DNA of 64,000 nt from Acidimicrobiales bacterium (GTDB lineage Bacteria > Actinomycetota > Acidimicrobiia > Acidimicrobiales > Ilumatobacteraceae), in NCBI GenBank assembly GCA_044370695.1, contig JBILVB010000001.1:3673-67672 (forward strand), read 5' to 3'. Position numbers and translations under genes: made by a program. Below the pieces are notes generated by a model that saw nothing but the letters and a program-made list of their open reading frames with translations, did no database searches and had not been told where the DNA came from. Below are positions 60,209-64,000 of this stretch, piece by piece. Position 1 is the first letter of the stretch; each line of letters starts with the position of its first letter.

Positions 60209-60975
60209 CGGGCCCCCGTTCGGACCGCCGTCGCCACCATCGCGTTGCCCGCCGCGGCGGCGCACCGGCCGGCGAGCCGTTCGGCCCGATCGACCACCGG
60301 CGCGAGCCGAGGCGGTAGACGCGCCAGCTCCCCCACGACGGGCGGGAGCACGTGGAAGACCTCGCAGGACTGCAGCGTCCAACCGGGCGCAGCGAGCAAA
60401 CCGGCGAGCTCGGCCCGATCGAGCAGGTTGACGTGGCCGACCTCGTCGTCGAGCCGGCGGACGTGCGCCGGCGCGAGCCGCCGGCCCAGCCGCCGCAACG
60501 CAGCCCGATCGTTCGGCGTGGTCACCACGAGCGTGCCGGCGCACACGCGGCGCAACTCCTCGAGCAGCCCGCTCAGCCGGTCGGCGGGAAGGTGCTCGAC
60601 CACCTCCGAGCACAGCACGACGTCGAAGGACCGGTCGGCGAAGGGCAGGGCGGTGCCGTCGGCGACCGCGACCCGACCGTCGGCGTGAGCGGCGGCCCGC
60701 TCGCAGTAGCCGAACGCGAGATCGCAGCCCACGGCCACGGCGCCGGCGTGCCGTGCGACCGCGAGGTAGTCCCCGGTGCCGCAGCCCACGTCGAGCACCC
60801 GTCGACCCGGCGCGCTCACCCGCCGCAGCGACGCTGCGACGGCGTCGAAGCGCCGCCGGTGGTACCGGCGATCCCAGAACGACGTTGCGTCGTAGCGGTC
60901 GACCACGGCCGCCTCCCGCTCGTACCGGTCGCGGGCGGAAGGATCGGTGGACGACGGCACTTCGATGGTGGTCAT
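60205..60975 (-). CDS. class I SAM-dependent methyltransferase
   Basis: Last 256 codons of track ORF 60205..62316. VLDVGCGTGDY motif I. ATG 60975 overlaps the upstream stop (ATGA). Confidence 0.8.
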   Translation of the reverse strand: MTTIEVPSSTDPSARDRYEREAAVVDRYDATSFWDRRYHRRRFDAVAASLRRVSAPGRRVLDVGCGTGDYLAVARHAGAVAVGCDLAFGYCERAAAHADGRVAVADGTALPFADRSFDVVLCSEVVEHLPADRLSGLLEELRRVCAGTLVVTTPNDRAALRRLGRRLAPAHVRRLDDEVGHVNLLDRAELAGLLAAPGWTLQSCEVFHVLPPVVGELARLPPRLAPVVDRAERLAGRCAAAAGNAMVATAVRTGAR

Positions 60976-62474
60976 GCTCGGCTCCGGGATGGGCTCGACG
61001 GTTCGGGTGACGGTTCGGGTGACGGTTCGGGGACGGCGAGCACGGCGGCGCCGCCCGCTTGCCAGACGACGGCGAAGGCGGTGGTGAGGGGCCGCGGTCC
61101 GCCGGGGACGACCAGGACGTAGGGCGTGCCGAGCGCGCGGGCCGCCGCGGCCGGGTCGGTGTCCGAGCGGTACAGCCGGTTGACCGCGACGGCGGTGGTC
61201 CGCTCGTCGGCGCCGTACAGCCATCGCAGGTCGCCGCCGGATCGGACCGGCCGGTCGGCGAGCGCGCCGACCCACCAGCCGAGTGGCGCCCCGGCGACGT
61301 CGGACACCGCCACCGGGGACCCGGGAGGGGTGGCGGTGCGCAGCCAGGCCGCTGCGGCGGCCGTCTCGGGGGCGAGCACGCGGTACCGCTCGACCGCCGC
61401 GGCGAACGACCCGATCCCGAGCGCGATCGCAGCGGCGACGGTCGTCGCGCCGAGCGCGATCGCGACGAGCCCGAGCCGCTGCTGGCGGGGCTGGCGGAGC
61501 GGTCGGGGCGAGGCGCGCTCGGTGAGTGCGGACCACCCCGCCAGCCCGGCCAGCACCGTCAGCGCCGGCACGTCGTGGAGGTACCGGGGTTCCCCGGTCA
61601 CGGCGAGGGCGACGAACCAACCGGCGCAGCACGCGGACGCCGTCGCGCTCAGCGCCGTGATCGGCCGGCGCCGCGCGACGCCGGCCGCCGCGACCAGGAC
61701 CGCCGTGCCGACCACGGCGGCCCCGAGCAGCCATGCCGGGCCGAGGATGCGTTCGGCTGCGGCCACCGACACCCGAGGCCGGTCCGACGCCGTCCCGGCG
61801 GCGAGAACGAGCGGGGCGTGCAGCACCGCAGCGAGCGCACCGAGCGCTGCGAGCGCCACGAGTCCCCGACGACGAGGCCTCGCCGCCATCGGTGCCGGTA
61901 GTGCGATCACCACGACGACGGCTGCGGCGACGGCTGCGGTCACGAGGTGCGACGTCGCAACGGTGGCGAGACCGGCCAACGCGGCCGGGGCGAGCGGACC
62001 ACCTCGCCGGTACCGGGCGACGGCATGGACGGTGACCAGACCGGCGGCGAGCCCGATCGCCTGCGGGAACCCGCCCCAGGCGACGACCTCGGCCCCGGCA
62101 GCGCTTCCTACCGCAGCGACGGCACCGACGGCCGCCGCAGCACGACCCGCCGCCCGGCCGATCCAGACGATCGCCGCCCCGACCAGCACGCCGGCGAGTG
62201 CCCCGAGGCCCGCCGCCGCGAAGCGAGGGCCGACCGCTGCGTCGAGCAGGCCGGCCAGCCACGGCACCATCGGCGGGTAGCCGGTGATCGCCGGCGCGCC
62301 GGGAACCCCCCGCCACGAGGAGGCGTGCCGCAGCCAGTTCCCCATGTCGATCGTCGCCGGCGCGGCACCGCGGGCGAGTACGACGAACCGCCAGGCCGCC
62401 ACGGCGACGACCAGCGAGGGCGCGAGCACGGGAGCCGACCGCACGACCGCAAGCGCCCGGCGAACGGGCATCAT
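60972..62474 (-). CDS. polytopic membrane protein, unknown function (GT-C-like?)
   Basis: ATG 62474 overlaps the upstream stop (ATGA). About 10 Ala/Val/Leu-rich helices, a soluble C-terminal part and a PEPSPEPSPEPS tail. Confidence 0.65.
   Translation of the reverse strand: MMPVRRALAVVRSAPVLAPSLVVAVAAWRFVVLARGAAPATIDMGNWLRHASSWRGVPGAPAITGYPPMVPWLAGLLDAAVGPRFAAAGLGALAGVLVGAAIVWIGRAAGRAAAAVGAVAAVGSAAGAEVVAWGGFPQAIGLAAGLVTVHAVARYRRGGPLAPAALAGLATVATSHLVTAAVAAAVVVVIALPAPMAARPRRRGLVALAALGALAAVLHAPLVLAAGTASDRPRVSVAAAERILGPAWLLGAAVVGTAVLVAAAGVARRRPITALSATASACCAGWFVALAVTGEPRYLHDVPALTVLAGLAGWSALTERASPRPLRQPRQQRLGLVAIALGATTVAAAIALGIGSFAAAVERYRVLAPETAAAAAWLRTATPPGSPVAVSDVAGAPLGWWVGALADRPVRSGGDLRWLYGADERTTAVAVNRLYRSDTDPAAAARALGTPYVLVVPGGPRPLTTAFAVVWQAGGAAVLAVPEPSPEPSPEPSSPSRSRA
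60998..61033 (-). repeat. 12-nt tandem repeat ACGGTTCGGGTG x3 (last unit imperfect)
   Basis: Encodes (PEPS)3 at the C-terminus of the membrane protein. Confidence 0.85.
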
Positions 62475-63667
62475 CCGGCTCGCCACCACAACACGTCGCT
62501 CTGCCGACGATCGGGTTCGTCCTCCCACACCCACACCGACACCTCCGCCGTCGCGCCGGCCGGCACGGCGTCGCCCGCGAGCTCGACCCGCTCGGCCGCC
62601 CCTGCGGCGAGCGCGACGGTCCGCACCACGCCGAGGACGCTCGCCTGTTCCCAGGGCCGGTCGAGACCCGGCGGCGCGACGACGAACCAGGCCCGACCCG
62701 TCACCGGTCGGGCCGAGGTGTTCGCGACCACCGCCACGACCCGGGACCGATCGGCGGCGAGCTGCGGGGGGTCGAGATCGATGATCGCGAGGCGGCCCGA
62801 CGGTGCACCCCGGCGATCGATGCGTTCGTCTCCGGGCAGCTCGAGCGGAGGCCCGTCGACCGCGACGTCGTCGACGACCCCGGTGGCGTCCCGGAGGCGC
62901 ACGCCGAGCACGTACCGGCCCGCAGGGAGCGGGACGTCGGTGTCGAGCTCGAACGTCGCCCGCACCGGTCCGCCGGCCACGGGGACCCTCCCCAGGTCCA
63001 CGCTTCGCGCCGTCCCTCCGACGCGTTGCGCCCGGACCTCGGCGACGATGCCGCGGGTCGGATCGGCCACGCCCGTGTCGAGGCGCACGGTGCCACGGAC
63101 GGTCGCGCGGACGAACGGGCCGCTCGTGCGGGCCCAGGCGACGACGTCGGACACGATCGCCGACCCCACCGGCACTGCTCCCCGACGAAGCACCGTTCCT
63201 TCCGGGGCGACCGTCAGCTCACCGGTGACCCTGGTGCCGTCCCCGTGGACCCATCGGTCGCCGGCCAGCTCCCGGTGGACGTAGGCCCAGACCTCGTAGC
63301 GCCCCGCCGCCACGGTCACCGGCTCGTCCCAACGCAGCTCGACCCGGCGCTCGGGCCCGACGACGAGTTCCTGGCGGCTCGAGCGCGCCACGGCGCGCCG
63401 CCATGCGTCGCCGTCGCCGGGCGGGGCGAGCACGAACCACGCCCGCACTCGATGCTCGACCTCGTCGTTGTTCACGACCGTCGCCACCAGCGCCACCGAC
63501 CCGCCGACGGCGTGCACGGACGTGGTGCCGAGCGCGACCGTCCGACGCTGCTCGGGGGCGACGGCGTGGGCGCGCCAACCCACGGCCGCGATCGGTGCGA
63601 TCACCGCCACGACGACGATCGGTAGCAACTGACGGCGCGACGACCACCGTCGGCACCGCCGCGTCAC
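62471..63667 (-). CDS. membrane-anchored exported protein with repeated beta-sandwich-like modules
   Basis: GTG 63667 overlaps the upstream stop (GTGA). N-terminal TM LLPIVVVAVIAPIAAV. Repeated RAWFV(L/V)APPG...AGRYEVW/AGRYVLG motifs. Confidence 0.6.
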   Translation of the reverse strand: MTRRCRRWSSRRQLLPIVVVAVIAPIAAVGWRAHAVAPEQRRTVALGTTSVHAVGGSVALVATVVNNDEVEHRVRAWFVLAPPGDGDAWRRAVARSSRQELVVGPERRVELRWDEPVTVAAGRYEVWAYVHRELAGDRWVHGDGTRVTGELTVAPEGTVLRRGAVPVGSAIVSDVVAWARTSGPFVRATVRGTVRLDTGVADPTRGIVAEVRAQRVGGTARSVDLGRVPVAGGPVRATFELDTDVPLPAGRYVLGVRLRDATGVVDDVAVDGPPLELPGDERIDRRGAPSGRLAIIDLDPPQLAADRSRVVAVVANTSARPVTGRAWFVVAPPGLDRPWEQASVLGVVRTVALAAGAAERVELAGDAVPAGATAEVSVWVWEDEPDRRQSDVLWWRAG

Positions 63668-64000
63668 GGCGTCCCCACGGCGACGACGAGGACGTCCGGA
63701 TTGGCGACGACGACGACACCCCCGGCTGCTTCGAGCGCTGCGGGGTCCAGCTCGGCGAACCCGTCCCAGGCCGCAGGCAGGAACAGGTAGGACACCCCGG
63801 CTTCACGGGCCCGCCGGAACGAACTCGGATCGGGGAAGGTCTCGAAGATGCGCTGGGACTCGCGGGCTCGCTCGCGTTCTTCGGCGACGTTCAGCCACAC
63901 CAGCAGCGATCCGGCGAGCGCCGGTCGCCGACCCGCTCCCTCGACCCACCATCCGAACGGCCCACCCCGCACGGGCGGAACGGCGACCACGGCGCTCGGC
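63664..64000 (-). CDS. 3' part of an unknown protein (ORF open to the right edge)
   Basis: ...GWWVEGAGRRPALAGSLLVWLNVAEERERARESQRIFETFPDPSSFRRAREAGVSYLFLP... There is no in-frame stop between 63990 and the window end. Confidence 0.45.
   Translation of the reverse strand, partial: PSAVVAVPPVRGGPFGWWVEGAGRRPALAGSLLVWLNVAEERERARESQRIFETFPDPSSFRRAREAGVSYLFLPAAWDGFAELDPAALEAAGGVVVVANPDVLVVAVGTP

Noticed and set aside
60205-62316. 703-aa ORF taken as one protein
   Set aside because: Only the C-terminal 256 codons form the SAM methyltransferase. The remainder is Arg/Gly-rich off-frame sequence over the polytopic membrane gene.
1-64000. tRNA, rRNA, riboswitch, transposase/IS, prophage or toxin-antitoxin modules
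   Set aside because: All intergenic gaps are about 145 nt or shorter, and none showed cloverleaf-like or rRNA-like sequence by eye. No transposase, integrase, capsid or terminase-like translations were seen. A covariance-model scan (tRNAscan-SE, Infernal/Rfam) would be needed to exclude small RNAs formally.

Overview
This is a very GC-rich bacterial chromosomal segment (well above 65 % GC by eye, not computed) and it is almost entirely coding. Many long Arg/Pro/Gly-rich ORFs in the track are shadow frames. I kept about 66 CDS whose translations look like real proteins. Many of them are joined by 4-nt ATGA/GTGA start-stop overlaps. PASTA domains, a class-E-type sortase and an IMPase-type HisN suggest Actinomycetota, but that is an inference. 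From left to right the window holds: (1) a lipid / branched acyl-CoA catabolic block with an Ltp-type thiolase plus DUF35, CaiB-family CoA-transferases/racemase, hydratase, SDRs, hydrolases, a membrane desaturase with a Rieske ferredoxin, and a Rieske oxygenase. (2) An unusual island at 14.3-24.4 kb. It contains a DUF4157 HExxH protein, an Hsp70 ATPase fused to a TM helix and a PASTA domain, an NlpC/P60 peptidase with no signal peptide, two dynamin-like GTPases, a Zn-ribbon/discoidin protein and a Zn-ribbon/4xPASTA protein. This is my best candidate for an undescribed envelope-sensing, membrane-remodelling or defence system. (3) Thioesterase, cupin, acyl-CoA dehydrogenase, FMN reductase, OafA-type acyltransferase, an SDR and cysS. 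(4) A complete System I cytochrome c maturation operon, ccmABCDEFGH plus a TPR CcmI-like gene. It includes a 50-codon ccmD that is absent from the ORF track. (5) A sortase, a transaminase/omega-amidase pair, glycosyltransferases, a TetR gene coupled to a large membrane protein, flavoproteins and a secreted tandem-repeat protein. (6) rsmI, an MFS transporter, hisN, a GGDEF cyclase and dxs. (7) A translationally chained surface-glycan-like operon that runs off the right edge. I saw no rRNA, tRNA, CRISPR array, transposase, integrase or phage genes. All family calls come from motif recognition by eye; no searches or computations were run, and start codons are best guesses.
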